The position numbers and the translations under genes were made by a program. This document shows positions 50,022 to 59,678 of a DNA stretch of 64,000 bases, in pieces; within the stretch, counting starts at the first letter, position 1; each line of letters begins with the position of its first letter. The notes under the pieces are model-generated. The model was not told the DNA's origin and did no database searches. It saw only the letters and a list, made by a program, of their open reading frames with translations. Origin of the DNA: Bacteroidales bacterium (GTDB taxonomy: Bacteria > Bacteroidota > Bacteroidia > Bacteroidales > WCHB1-69). The DNA lies in NCBI GenBank assembly GCA_016285145.1, contig JAEEQE010000011.1:363-64362 (forward strand), read 5' to 3'.

Positions 50022-50736
50022 TTAAAATCAAGGTTTTAAACAAACCCAAAAGAACTAAATTTGGGGCGGCAAATATACGATTTTTTATCATTCCCGAAAG
50101 CATTGGAGCATCACCACCTGTCAGGAGTGTGATTAAGTCGGGATATTGGGTCTGATACTGATGAATGAAGCCTTCGATTTCAAACAGGAACCCGTTGACC
50201 GTGCCGGAAAGGATGGACTCCTCGGTGGTTTGTCCCGTGATGGGCGTGGGCAGGATAGGTTCCACCAGCGGTAGCCGGGCGGTGAAGTGCGGCAGGGCGG
50301 CGCAGCGCATCCGCAAACCCGGGGAGATGCTGCCGCCCCGGTATTCGTTGTCGCGACTGACGAAATCCGTCACCAGACAGGTGCCGGCTTGGATGACAAG
50401 AACGGAAGTGTTGTTGTACAATGAGTTGGCTCCGATGGCGGCGGCAATACGGTCGGTGCCGAGAGTTTCGGGCGTATGGTATCCAATAGTCAGAGGCAAT
50501 CTCAGGCGGGTAGAGAATGTAAGGGTGTTCACTTGGCCAGCGAGCCATTCTGAGAGTTGCGGATGTGGGTTCCCCACGGAGGAGAGGATGGCGGCCTGTA
50601 CCGCATGACGGGCAAGCAAGGGCTGCAGCTCCTCGGGAGAAAGCAGCGTACTTTGGTATAATTCCACAACCTCGCCGTGTTTGTTGAAGATGGCGGCTTT
50701 CTGCCGTGTGTTGCCTATGTCAATTACTAAAAACAT
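50002..50736 (-). CDS. coaX: Type III pantothenate kinase
   Basis: VIDIGNT, TLGTDR, GGSISPG, LTGGDA. Confidence 0.94.
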   Translation of the reverse strand: MFLVIDIGNTRQKAAIFNKHGEVVELYQSTLLSPEELQPLLARHAVQAAILSSVGNPHPQLSEWLAGQVNTLTFSTRLRLPLTIGYHTPETLGTDRIAAAIGANSLYNNTSVLVIQAGTCLVTDFVSRDNEYRGGSISPGLRMRCAALPHFTARLPLVEPILPTPITGQTTEESILSGTVNGFLFEIEGFIHQYQTQYPDLITLLTGGDAPMLSGMIKNRIFAAPNLVLLGLFKTLILNVSETQ

Positions 50737-50770
50737 GTGTCAATAACGGAATAATGAGCGTTTTAGTATA

Positions 50771-51382
50771 TCAGAAAAGAGTGGGTTCCCAATGAGTTTT
50801 TCCGTCGGTCCGAATGAAAGCGCGGGCCTCCTGGTTGAGGAATTTGATTTTCCGGTTGATGCCCCAGCGGTAACCGCCCAGATTGCCGTTGGAACAGATG
50901 ACGCGGTGGCAGGGGACGATGTACATCACGGGGTTGCTACCGACAGCCCCACCCACAGGCCTTGCCGCCTTGGGCATCCCGATGCGGCGGGCGATGTTCA
51001 AATACGTGGTGACCAAGCCAGAAGGAATCGTCAGAAGATCGCGCCAGACGGCCAATTGGAATCCGGTGCCCCAAAGGTGCAGGTCCAAATGTCCCGCCTT
51101 TTCGGGTTTCCGTTTCAGCATCCAGACCGCCTTACGGTGAAACTCCACCTGCCGGCATCGGAACTGGGCGTGCGGGAAATGCCGTTTCAACTGCTCGATA
51201 GGCTCCCAACGCATCTCGCCGGGCATGAGGTAGCAGATGCCCTTGGAGGTGGAGGCAATCAGGTATCGATGGGAGGCAACATTGATCAGACAATAGTTGA
51301 TGGTCAGCCGCTTCTCCTTGCCGGAAAATTCGCCCTTGGTCATCGGAATTATCCGGATGGGACAGGATGTGTTTTGTTCCAT
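50771..51382 (-). CDS. ogt: Methylated-DNA--protein-cysteine methyltransferase
   Basis: GTGFQLAVW, NPVMYIVPCHRVI, GGYRWG. Confidence 0.92.
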   Translation of the reverse strand: MEQNTSCPIRIIPMTKGEFSGKEKRLTINYCLINVASHRYLIASTSKGICYLMPGEMRWEPIEQLKRHFPHAQFRCRQVEFHRKAVWMLKRKPEKAGHLDLHLWGTGFQLAVWRDLLTIPSGLVTTYLNIARRIGMPKAARPVGGAVGSNPVMYIVPCHRVICSNGNLGGYRWGINRKIKFLNQEARAFIRTDGKTHWEPTLF

Positions 51383-51472
51383 AACAATGTGAAATAGAAT
51401 GCAAAAATAATAAAAAATGTGATTTTGCGCTTTTTTTGTATTTTTGCCCTCCAATTGTAAAATATTGAAAGT

Positions 51473-53152
51473 ATGAAAAAATTAGGTCGACTGTTACTTT
51501 TACTATTTGTTTTACAGGTAGTTATCTTATCAAACAATATTCTTTCCGCCCAAAAACTGAAGCCTTCGGAAGTGCCTGCGGATGTGACGCAAACGTTGGA
51601 ATTCCAATATCCGTACGTCAAAGTGACAGGTTGGGTAAAAGATGGCGGTAATTATGTGGCCAACATCAAAGATGAAGGATCTGCGGGGAAAGTCTATATT
51701 TCTTCCAATGGTACTTGGCTGCGCACCACCTTCAATGTGCCACAATCCGAACTTCCCACTACCATTTGGGATTATGTGAAGACCAATTATCCCGACTTCA
51801 TCATTGCTGTTTCCTGTTTGGAGGAAAAGGAGAATGAGAAGACGCGTTATTATCTGGAAGTGAAACCGGACGGTGTGGGACAGCAGGCATCTGTGCTGAC
51901 GTTCAGCACAACGGGCAAGAATGAGCTGATATCGCGTAAGGATCCGGATAATTTCAAAGACCCGTTGGCTCCTGCGGAGAAACCCGCTCCGAAGCCTGTT
52001 GCCGCCAAGGAGAAAGACACCAAGCCGGCTCCCGCCAGCACTGCTTCCACAAAACCTGCTACTCCTGCCAAGCCTGCCCAGACCAAGCCGGCTACGCCAT
52101 CGAAACCGGTTGCAGAAAAACCCGCTCCGAAACCCGAAAACAAAAAGCCGGAGGCCAAACCCGAACCCAAACCAAAGCCGGTAGCCGCCAAGACAGAAGA
52201 GCCTAAGCCCCAAAAAGAGGCCAAACCTGAAAAGCCCAAAAAAGAGAAACCAGAACCGGTTATCACAGACGAACATGGCAATGTGGCCCTCAAACCCAAT
52301 GTTGTACCTGAGCTTGTGAAGAAGTCGCTGGCGAAGAAAATCATGCACCCCGAGGAACTGAACTGGTACCTTATTGACAGCATGTATGTGGCCAAGTGCC
52401 TGAACACCGGCAAGAAAACGGCCTGCTACATCACCCCGCAGGGTATGTGGGAGAAAACCCTAACGGCCCTTACTGAAGAATCAGTGACAGGCCCGATGCT
52501 GAAACATCTGAACGACTACTACAAAGGATGGAAATTCAAGTCGGCCATGAAAGAGCAGCGCGCCGACAAGAACGACAAGACGATGGTGGAGTTTTATGAG
52601 AAGGCCAATTACAAGTCCAAGCTGGTGACCACTGCCCTGTTTGACAAAACCGGCAAGCTTATCCGCACTATCGATCCCGACTACGAATTGGGTGGAGGCA
52701 AAGCTGGTGGCAATGGCGAGGATGAAGATCTGATCAAGTACTATGAAAAGATGAACATGAGTTTGGAGAGCGACGATGCACACAGTGTGCCCGAAAATGT
52801 GGTGGCGGTGTTCAAACTCAAATATCCCAAGGTGGCCAATGTGGAATGGAAAGAGGACGATAATATGAACTATCAGGCTGTTTATTACAGCGCGAGAGGA
52901 AAAGAGATATGCGTCATCAACAGTTATGGCGAGATTGTGGAGACGATGGTGATGGGTAAGTTGGACAACCTTTCCACTACGATTCAGGACAACATCAAGA
53001 AGGACCATAAGGGATTCAAGGTGGTGGAATATTACTCCGTAAAGAAAATTGCCGAAAAACTGAATTTATACAAAGTGTTGATTCAGAATAAGAAAACCGG
53101 TGAAGAGGATGTCTTGTGGTTCAACCTGTCGGGGAAACCGGTAGAATACTAA
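51473..53152 (+). CDS. Secreted PepSY-like (BLIP-like) repeat protein with Pro/Lys/Ala linker
   Basis: VPADV...QYP, ELPTTIWDYVKTNYP, VPENVVAVFKLKYP repeats; low-complexity central linker. Confidence 0.75.
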   Translation: MKKLGRLLLLLFVLQVVILSNNILSAQKLKPSEVPADVTQTLEFQYPYVKVTGWVKDGGNYVANIKDEGSAGKVYISSNGTWLRTTFNVPQSELPTTIWDYVKTNYPDFIIAVSCLEEKENEKTRYYLEVKPDGVGQQASVLTFSTTGKNELISRKDPDNFKDPLAPAEKPAPKPVAAKEKDTKPAPASTASTKPATPAKPAQTKPATPSKPVAEKPAPKPENKKPEAKPEPKPKPVAAKTEEPKPQKEAKPEKPKKEKPEPVITDEHGNVALKPNVVPELVKKSLAKKIMHPEELNWYLIDSMYVAKCLNTGKKTACYITPQGMWEKTLTALTEESVTGPMLKHLNDYYKGWKFKSAMKEQRADKNDKTMVEFYEKANYKSKLVTTALFDKTGKLIRTIDPDYELGGGKAGGNGEDEDLIKYYEKMNMSLESDDAHSVPENVVAVFKLKYPKVANVEWKEDDNMNYQAVYYSARGKEICVINSYGEIVETMVMGKLDNLSTTIQDNIKKDHKGFKVVEYYSVKKIAEKLNLYKVLIQNKKTGEEDVLWFNLSGKPVEY

Positions 53153-53182
53153 GTAAGCCAAACCAAAACCATTAACCAACCC

Positions 53183-54028
53183 ATGCAATACAACGAGATC
53201 AAACTCACGATCACGCCAGCCGATCCGTGGAAGGATATTTTCACCTCCATGATGGCCGATGCCGGCTGTGACAGTTTTATGGACGGGGAGAGCGACAATG
53301 AGCTTCTCTGTTATATACCAGTGAAAGATTACGATGAGGCGGTCATCCGCAGCATTGTGGAAGAGCACGGCTTCGACGGCGTGCAGGTGACCTGTGCGGT
53401 GCAGGCTATGCCTGACAAGGATTGGAACGCCGAATGGGAGGCGAATTACACCCCGGTGCTGATTGACGACCGTTGCTATATTCGCGCCCCGTTCCACCCC
53501 GCCATGCCGGAGAGCGAATACGAAATCATCATCGAGCCCAAAATGTCGTTCGGAACGGCACACCACGCCACCACCTTCCAGATGGCACAGTACGTGATGG
53601 AGACCGACGTGGAGGGCAAGTCCCTCTTGGATATGGGCTCGGGGACGGGTGTGCTGGCCATTCTGGCCCGTATGAGGGGCGCGTCGCCGGTGACCGCCAT
53701 CGACAATGACGAGTGGGCATACCGGAATGCATTAGAAAATGTGGAGCACAATCATTGTACGGACATCAAAGTGTTTTTGGGCGATGCATCTTTGCTTGGC
53801 ACCGAAAACTACGACATCATTTTGGCCAATATCAACCGGAATATCCTGCTGAACGACATTCCCACATACGTGAAATGCCTGAATCCGAAAGGATTGTTGT
53901 TTATGAGTGGCTTTTATGACGGTAACGATTTGGAAGCCATCCGGAAATGTTGCGCCGCAAACGGCATGGAATATGTCTCCCACAAAGTGAAAGACCAATG
54001 GGTGGCGGTCAAATTCATTAAAGCATAA
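53183..54028 (+). CDS. prmA: Ribosomal protein L11 methyltransferase
   Basis: IEPKMSFGTAHHATT, LDMGSGTGVLAI, ILANINRNILL. Confidence 0.95.
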   Translation: MQYNEIKLTITPADPWKDIFTSMMADAGCDSFMDGESDNELLCYIPVKDYDEAVIRSIVEEHGFDGVQVTCAVQAMPDKDWNAEWEANYTPVLIDDRCYIRAPFHPAMPESEYEIIIEPKMSFGTAHHATTFQMAQYVMETDVEGKSLLDMGSGTGVLAILARMRGASPVTAIDNDEWAYRNALENVEHNHCTDIKVFLGDASLLGTENYDIILANINRNILLNDIPTYVKCLNPKGLLFMSGFYDGNDLEAIRKCCAANGMEYVSHKVKDQWVAVKFIKA

Positions 54029-54030
54029 GT

Positions 54031-57000
54031 ATGAAAAAATTAGCGCTGTTATTCGTGCTGTTGTGCCCGGTTTTATGGAGTCAGGCGCAGCGTTTCACCT
54101 CTTTTTCCACGAATCCCGAACAGACGGTGGAGGAGATGAAAACCTTTTTCTCTTCCGTACCCAAAGAGCGTCAGAAGGAGGCCTCCGCCCTGTTGGATGA
54201 GTTCACCCTTTTCTGGACCACCTCAGTGGATTATGAGACCCAGGAGGCTTTCATTGAGGCGGCCAACAAGATGGTGAAGAAGAAAATGCGTCCCATTCCG
54301 CACTTCCAGGCTCTCATCCATGCTTATTCGGCGTTTGTGCACAGCGATTTTGCCACTGAAACGGAAACGTGGAACAAGATCGTGGATTATCATGCCACGC
54401 ACAATGTGACGCAGTTTCAAACGAAAATGCAGCTGTATGTGCTGTTCTTTAAGGATAATGTATTAAACAAAGAGGATAATGTACGGTGGGTGTCGCAAGG
54501 ATGGCCGGAAGCCATCGGTTTTGACAAGGAACCGTACGTGGACTTCAAAGATGTGGATTTAGTGGGCTATTCCAACAAAGACAGTCTGATCATCCAGAAT
54601 GTTTCCGGTCGATATTTCCCAGGCACCTTGAAATTCCAGGCACGTGGTGGCAAGACCTATTGGGAGCGTGCCGGCCTTGGAGAGGATGTGTATGCCGAAT
54701 ATGGTCAGTACACCATTGATTTGCGCTTCCCGCACGTGACGGTGGAGCATGCGCTATTCCATTACCCACAGCTCTTCTCAACCCCCATTCGGGGACGGGT
54801 GGAAGATAAGGCTATGTTGCCAGTTTCCGAAGAGAAGGCTGTTTATCCCCGTTTTTTAAGTGATGATAAAACCTTGACAATCAAAAATCTGTATAAGGAT
54901 GTGGACTATCAGGGCGGTTTCGACCTGCGTGGCGCGTCCATCTATGGCACTACCACTGGCGATACGTTAGCCTATGTGACCATTTTCCGTGAAGGGAAAC
55001 CGATTATCAGCGCCTCCTCTCACAGCTTCCTTATCAAGCCCACCAACCTCCTGTCGGAAGATGCCAAGGTGAGCATCTACTTGGGCGAGGATTCCATTTA
55101 CCATCCTGCTGCCAATTTCAAATATGATAATGAAAAAAAGAACCTGTTGATTTCCAGACCCAAACAGGGTGTGGGACGTTCGCCGTTTTTCGATTCTTAT
55201 CATAAATTGGATATTACGGTTGAATCCGTGCAGTGGAACACGGAGGAGGCCCGCATCGAATTCAAGCCCATCGTGGGTAAGACCAGCGAGCAGCCTGCAT
55301 TCTTCGAATCTCAAAACTATTTTGACAAATCGGTGATGCATGAGATTGAAGGCTACAACAATGTGAACCCGCTTTACACGCTCTGGCAGTTGTTCAACAG
55401 TGCCGGCTACGAGGATCTCACCATCGAGGATGTGATCCGTTGGTTCAACAAGCCGCCGTTGGACATCAAGGCCATGATGATTGACTTTGCCGCCAGGGGT
55501 TTTGTGGAGTACGACATCAACCAGAACCATATCCGTTATCGTAGCAAAATCGCCCGTTATCTGAACAATCAGGTGAAAAAGAAAGACTACGACTACATCA
55601 AATTGGAGTCCAAGACCCATTATGCCTCCATGGATTTGCTTACCAACGATTTGAAAATCACGGGATGTGACTTTTTCGTCTATAGCGATCCGCAGATTGT
55701 GAACGTTTATCCGAGTAACGAGGTGGTGACCGTCAAGAAGAACCGCGACATGACCTTCTCGGGTCGGGTGATTGGTGGATTGTTCGATTTCGTGGCCCAC
55801 AACTGCTATTTTGACTATGACCGTTTCCAAGTGGATATGAAGGTCATTGACACGCTCATCATGTATGTGGAGGACAAAAACGGCCCGCAGGATATGTACG
55901 GCGACTACCAGTTGCGGCGCGTGCGCAGCGCCATCGAGGAGATCTCCGGTATCCTCTACATCGACGCGCCGGGCAATAAGAGCGGCATGACCGACTACCC
56001 CGAGTATCCTATCTTCGAGGCCCGCAAAGGCGGCAAGGTCTTCTATGACCAGCCTTACGTGCTGAACGGCGTTTACAATCGCGACCGCTTCTACTATGCG
56101 GTGAATCAGTTCAGGGTGGTGAATCTCGACAACTTCGAAATCGACTCTATGAAATTCACCGGCGCTCTCGTCTCCGGCGGCATCTTCCCCGACATTGCCG
56201 AGCCCTTGCAGGTACGTCCCGACTTCTCGTTAGGCTTCCGTCACAGGACCGCCGGACTGCCGATGTATGCCGGTCGTGGCAACTATCAGGGTCTGGTGGA
56301 CTTGAGCAACCGTGGTCTGCGCGGGCGGGGCAACATCGACTACGTGACCTCGCACACCACATCCGACAGCATAGTCTTCTATCTGGATTCCACCAACGGA
56401 AGCGCCGACAAGCATATTGTGGATGAGCAGGTGGCCGGCACGGAATTCCCGCCTGCCTCTGTGAACGACGCCTATCTGCACTGGGAACCGTACAAAGACA
56501 GGATGTTCATCCACTCTGTTTCGGAACCAGTGGACATCTTCAAGGAGACCAAGTTGGCCGGCAACACGGAAATCACACCGCACGGCATGTACGGTGCCGG
56601 CACGCAGACCTTCGGACGGGCCGACATCACCTCCAAGCGATTCTCGTACAAACATCATGAGCTGCTGGCGGACACAGCCGACCTGCGAATCTACGATATC
56701 AGCAATGGCAATGACAACATTGCCTTCTCTACCGACAACTACCGCTCTCACATCGACTTCGAAACCCGCAAGGGTAATTTCAAAGCCAATGGCGAGGCTT
56801 CAGAGGTCTTCTTTGTGAAAAACGAGTTTAAGGCCAAAGCCCATGAGTTTGACTGGGATCCCATCGACTCCACCTTGTTACGTTTCAAGTGGGACGATCC
56901 TTACAAGGATGTGGATATCAACAACACGCCCTCGCGGGAGTTGGTGGACATGCGGAGCCAGGGCAACGAACTTTATGCCTCCGACCCATCCAAAGGCTTC

Positions 57001-58530
57001 CGTTTCACCGCGCTGAGTGCGGAATTTGATTTCACGAAAAATGTCATCTATGCTCATGGTGTACGCTATATCAATGTGGGCGATGCGGCGGTGATTCCCC
57101 ACGACGGTGAGGTGGTCATCCGGAAGAAAGCCACCATCGACCTGCTGCAAAAATCGAGGATTCTTGCCGGTCGCGAAAACAAATACCATGAATTGTACGA
57201 CTGCAACGTGCGTCTGCAGACAGCCACCAAGTTTTATGGCAACGGCTATTACGATTATGTGGATGAGAACAAACTGGTGCAGCAGCTTTATTTTGACACC
57301 GTATATTTTATGAAGGAGACCTTCGGTGAGGCGAAAATCCCTCGGGAGAAGGACTTCCAATTCAGCGACCAGTTTGGCTTTGACGGTCGGGCGGAGCTGC
57401 ACAGCACGCAACCATTCCTTTCCTATTTCGGTGGCGTGGAAATCCGTACAGGCTGCGACACGCTCCGTCACGCACGCATGAAGATCCTGCAGCAGGTGGA
57501 CCCCAACAACATCATGCTTCAGGTGCATGAGCGCACCAAGGACATGGACGAACGCAAGGTGGTGGTGGCCATCACCTCCTCCAACCAGACCGGACGCATC
57601 TATACGGCTTTTGGCGTGGCCAAGGACCAATTCAACGATGCTGAATACATCAACGTGTTCGGATATATCACTTACGACAAGGAAACGCATGAGTTCAAGG
57701 CGGCCTCCAAAGAGAAGCTGATGGATCCCACCGTGCCGGGTAATATCATCACTGTAAACAAGGACAACTGTGTGGCCACCGGTACCGGAAAAATTGACAT
57801 GGGTACCAAATTGGGCCGTGTGGATTTTGTGACGAATGGTACTATTGTGAATTACATCACCGCCGACTCGGCAGAAATGCACCTCACCACCTCCATCGAT
57901 TTCTTCTTCAATGAAGAGTCCATGAGGCTTATGAACAAGGCATTGGAAAACACCACCACCTTGGATTTTGTGGATGTCTCCAACGATGAGGCTTACGACC
58001 AAGCTTTGTACAACATATTAGGGAAGACGGAATACGAGCGCTATACCCGTAATGTGGCGTTGGGTAACCAGCGTCGTCTGCCTGAAAAATTGCAGGTCCG
58101 TTTCCTGTTTTCCAATATCGATTTCGAATGGGACAAGGACAAATCCACGTTCAAATCGCAAACTATTTTGCCTTTGATTATTTGTGGGTCCAAAACGGTA
58201 TATAAGATGGTCCCTGGTCGTATCGTGATTGAAAAACGTGGTTCCCGCAACAAGTTGTATCTATACTTCGAGTTTGACGAGCAGTTCTACTATTTCCAAT
58301 TCGACAACAATGTCGTGTCGGCTTTCTCTTCTGACAAGAACTTCAACGATGCCATCAAGAACACCAAGCCCAAGAACAAATCATTAGCTCCGGACAATAC
58401 CAAAGGACTTCCGTCGTTCTCCTACAAGTTGGGCAACCGTGGATGGAAGAACAAATTTGTGAAGAATTATTTTACCAACATAGATAAAGAGGAAGAGGAA
58501 GACGAACCCGAAACCGAAACCAACGAATAA
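54031..58530 (+). CDS. Large secreted beta-rich hypothetical protein (1499 aa)
   Basis: Signal peptide; uninterrupted ORF with host-like codon usage; no motif recognised. Confidence 0.8.
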   Translation: MKKLALLFVLLCPVLWSQAQRFTSFSTNPEQTVEEMKTFFSSVPKERQKEASALLDEFTLFWTTSVDYETQEAFIEAANKMVKKKMRPIPHFQALIHAYSAFVHSDFATETETWNKIVDYHATHNVTQFQTKMQLYVLFFKDNVLNKEDNVRWVSQGWPEAIGFDKEPYVDFKDVDLVGYSNKDSLIIQNVSGRYFPGTLKFQARGGKTYWERAGLGEDVYAEYGQYTIDLRFPHVTVEHALFHYPQLFSTPIRGRVEDKAMLPVSEEKAVYPRFLSDDKTLTIKNLYKDVDYQGGFDLRGASIYGTTTGDTLAYVTIFREGKPIISASSHSFLIKPTNLLSEDAKVSIYLGEDSIYHPAANFKYDNEKKNLLISRPKQGVGRSPFFDSYHKLDITVESVQWNTEEARIEFKPIVGKTSEQPAFFESQNYFDKSVMHEIEGYNNVNPLYTLWQLFNSAGYEDLTIEDVIRWFNKPPLDIKAMMIDFAARGFVEYDINQNHIRYRSKIARYLNNQVKKKDYDYIKLESKTHYASMDLLTNDLKITGCDFFVYSDPQIVNVYPSNEVVTVKKNRDMTFSGRVIGGLFDFVAHNCYFDYDRFQVDMKVIDTLIMYVEDKNGPQDMYGDYQLRRVRSAIEEISGILYIDAPGNKSGMTDYPEYPIFEARKGGKVFYDQPYVLNGVYNRDRFYYAVNQFRVVNLDNFEIDSMKFTGALVSGGIFPDIAEPLQVRPDFSLGFRHRTAGLPMYAGRGNYQGLVDLSNRGLRGRGNIDYVTSHTTSDSIVFYLDSTNGSADKHIVDEQVAGTEFPPASVNDAYLHWEPYKDRMFIHSVSEPVDIFKETKLAGNTEITPHGMYGAGTQTFGRADITSKRFSYKHHELLADTADLRIYDISNGNDNIAFSTDNYRSHIDFETRKGNFKANGEASEVFFVKNEFKAKAHEFDWDPIDSTLLRFKWDDPYKDVDINNTPSRELVDMRSQGNELYASDPSKGFRFTALSAEFDFTKNVIYAHGVRYINVGDAAVIPHDGEVVIRKKATIDLLQKSRILAGRENKYHELYDCNVRLQTATKFYGNGYYDYVDENKLVQQLYFDTVYFMKETFGEAKIPREKDFQFSDQFGFDGRAELHSTQPFLSYFGGVEIRTGCDTLRHARMKILQQVDPNNIMLQVHERTKDMDERKVVVAITSSNQTGRIYTAFGVAKDQFNDAEYINVFGYITYDKETHEFKAASKEKLMDPTVPGNIITVNKDNCVATGTGKIDMGTKLGRVDFVTNGTIVNYITADSAEMHLTTSIDFFFNEESMRLMNKALENTTTLDFVDVSNDEAYDQALYNILGKTEYERYTRNVALGNQRRLPEKLQVRFLFSNIDFEWDKDKSTFKSQTILPLIICGSKTVYKMVPGRIVIEKRGSRNKLYLYFEFDEQFYYFQFDNNVVSAFSSDKNFNDAIKNTKPKNKSLAPDNTKGLPSFSYKLGNRGWKNKFVKNYFTNIDKEEEEDEPETETNE

Positions 58531-58538
58531 CCTTTCCT

Positions 58539-58568
58539 TGTAGAGATGTGCCATGGCGCGTCTCTACA
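58539..58568. repeat. GTAG-type REP-like palindrome (second copy)
   Basis: tgtagagatgtgccatggcgcgtctctaca. Confidence 0.78.
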
Positions 58569-58607
58569 TCTCATTTTTAAAACATAAACCTAAAAGAATA
58601 CAACCCT

Positions 58608-59636
58608 ATGTCTCATCCCATCCTCATAGCTGGACCTTGCGCCGCGGAGAGCGAGCAGCAGTTGAACAGGACTGCGACGCAGTTGTATGATGCGGTGCAG
58701 GCACGTGGGCGACGCTTGGACTTCTTCCGGGCTGGCGTTTGGAAGCCGCGCAGCCATCCCGACAGCTTCACCGGCTTGGGGGAGCAGGCACTTCCCTGGT
58801 TGGCGGAAATACACCGGCAGTTCGGATTTGACATCTGTGTGGAGGTGATGACGGCACAGCAGGTGGAATTGTGCGAAAAGCATGGCATCACCGCTTTTTG
58901 GGTGGGTGCGCGCACGGGCGTGAACCCCTTGGATGTGCAGAAGATTGCCGACGCGGTAAAAGGCAAGCCTTTCACGGTAATGGTGAAAAACCCGTTGGTG
59001 GCGGATTTCAAACTGTGGGTTGGCAATGTGGAACGCTTCCTGAATGCCGACATTGCCGCCGTGATGGCCATCCACCGGGGCTTCTCCGACCGCAATGAGA
59101 ATGTGTATCGGAATGCTCCCTGCTGGGAGATTCCCGTGGAGCTGAAAATCCGCTATCCGGAATTGCCTATTCTCTGCGATCCCTCGCACCTCTGCGGCGA
59201 TGTGCGCTATATCCCGCAGATGGCACAGCTGTCGCAGGTGTATGGCTTCAACGGACTGATGGTGGAGTGTCATTGCGATCCCACACACGCACTCAGTGAT
59301 GCCGCGCAGCAGATGACACCCGCACAGTGGGGAGAAATGCTTGACGGAATCCAATTCACGACCAATGCACCCAACTTGGATCTGGTACGGCAGCGGGCCA
59401 TTTTGGAAAACATTGATACCCAGCTTAGTGCTCTCTTGGAACAACGAATGCAGGTGGTGGACGATATTTCCAAGATAAAACAGGAAAACCATCTGCCGGT
59501 GGTCCAACCGATGCAGTGGCAAAAAGTGGTGGAACGCTATCGCAAACCCTCCCAAGATGAAGCCTATCAAGCATTTATACAGCGGTTCTTGGATCTTCTG
59601 CACCAGGCATCCATCTCCCGCCAACAACACGATTGA
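58608..59636 (+). CDS. Bifunctional DAHP synthase (I-beta) / chorismate mutase
   Basis: IAGPCAAES, RAGVWKPRS, IHRGF, DPSHLCG, plus a C-terminal chorismate mutase type II domain. Confidence 0.9.
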   Translation: MSHPILIAGPCAAESEQQLNRTATQLYDAVQARGRRLDFFRAGVWKPRSHPDSFTGLGEQALPWLAEIHRQFGFDICVEVMTAQQVELCEKHGITAFWVGARTGVNPLDVQKIADAVKGKPFTVMVKNPLVADFKLWVGNVERFLNADIAAVMAIHRGFSDRNENVYRNAPCWEIPVELKIRYPELPILCDPSHLCGDVRYIPQMAQLSQVYGFNGLMVECHCDPTHALSDAAQQMTPAQWGEMLDGIQFTTNAPNLDLVRQRAILENIDTQLSALLEQRMQVVDDISKIKQENHLPVVQPMQWQKVVERYRKPSQDEAYQAFIQRFLDLLHQASISRQQHD

Positions 59637-59678
59637 TTCGACTATACCATATATTATTAATAACAAAAACATAATTCC

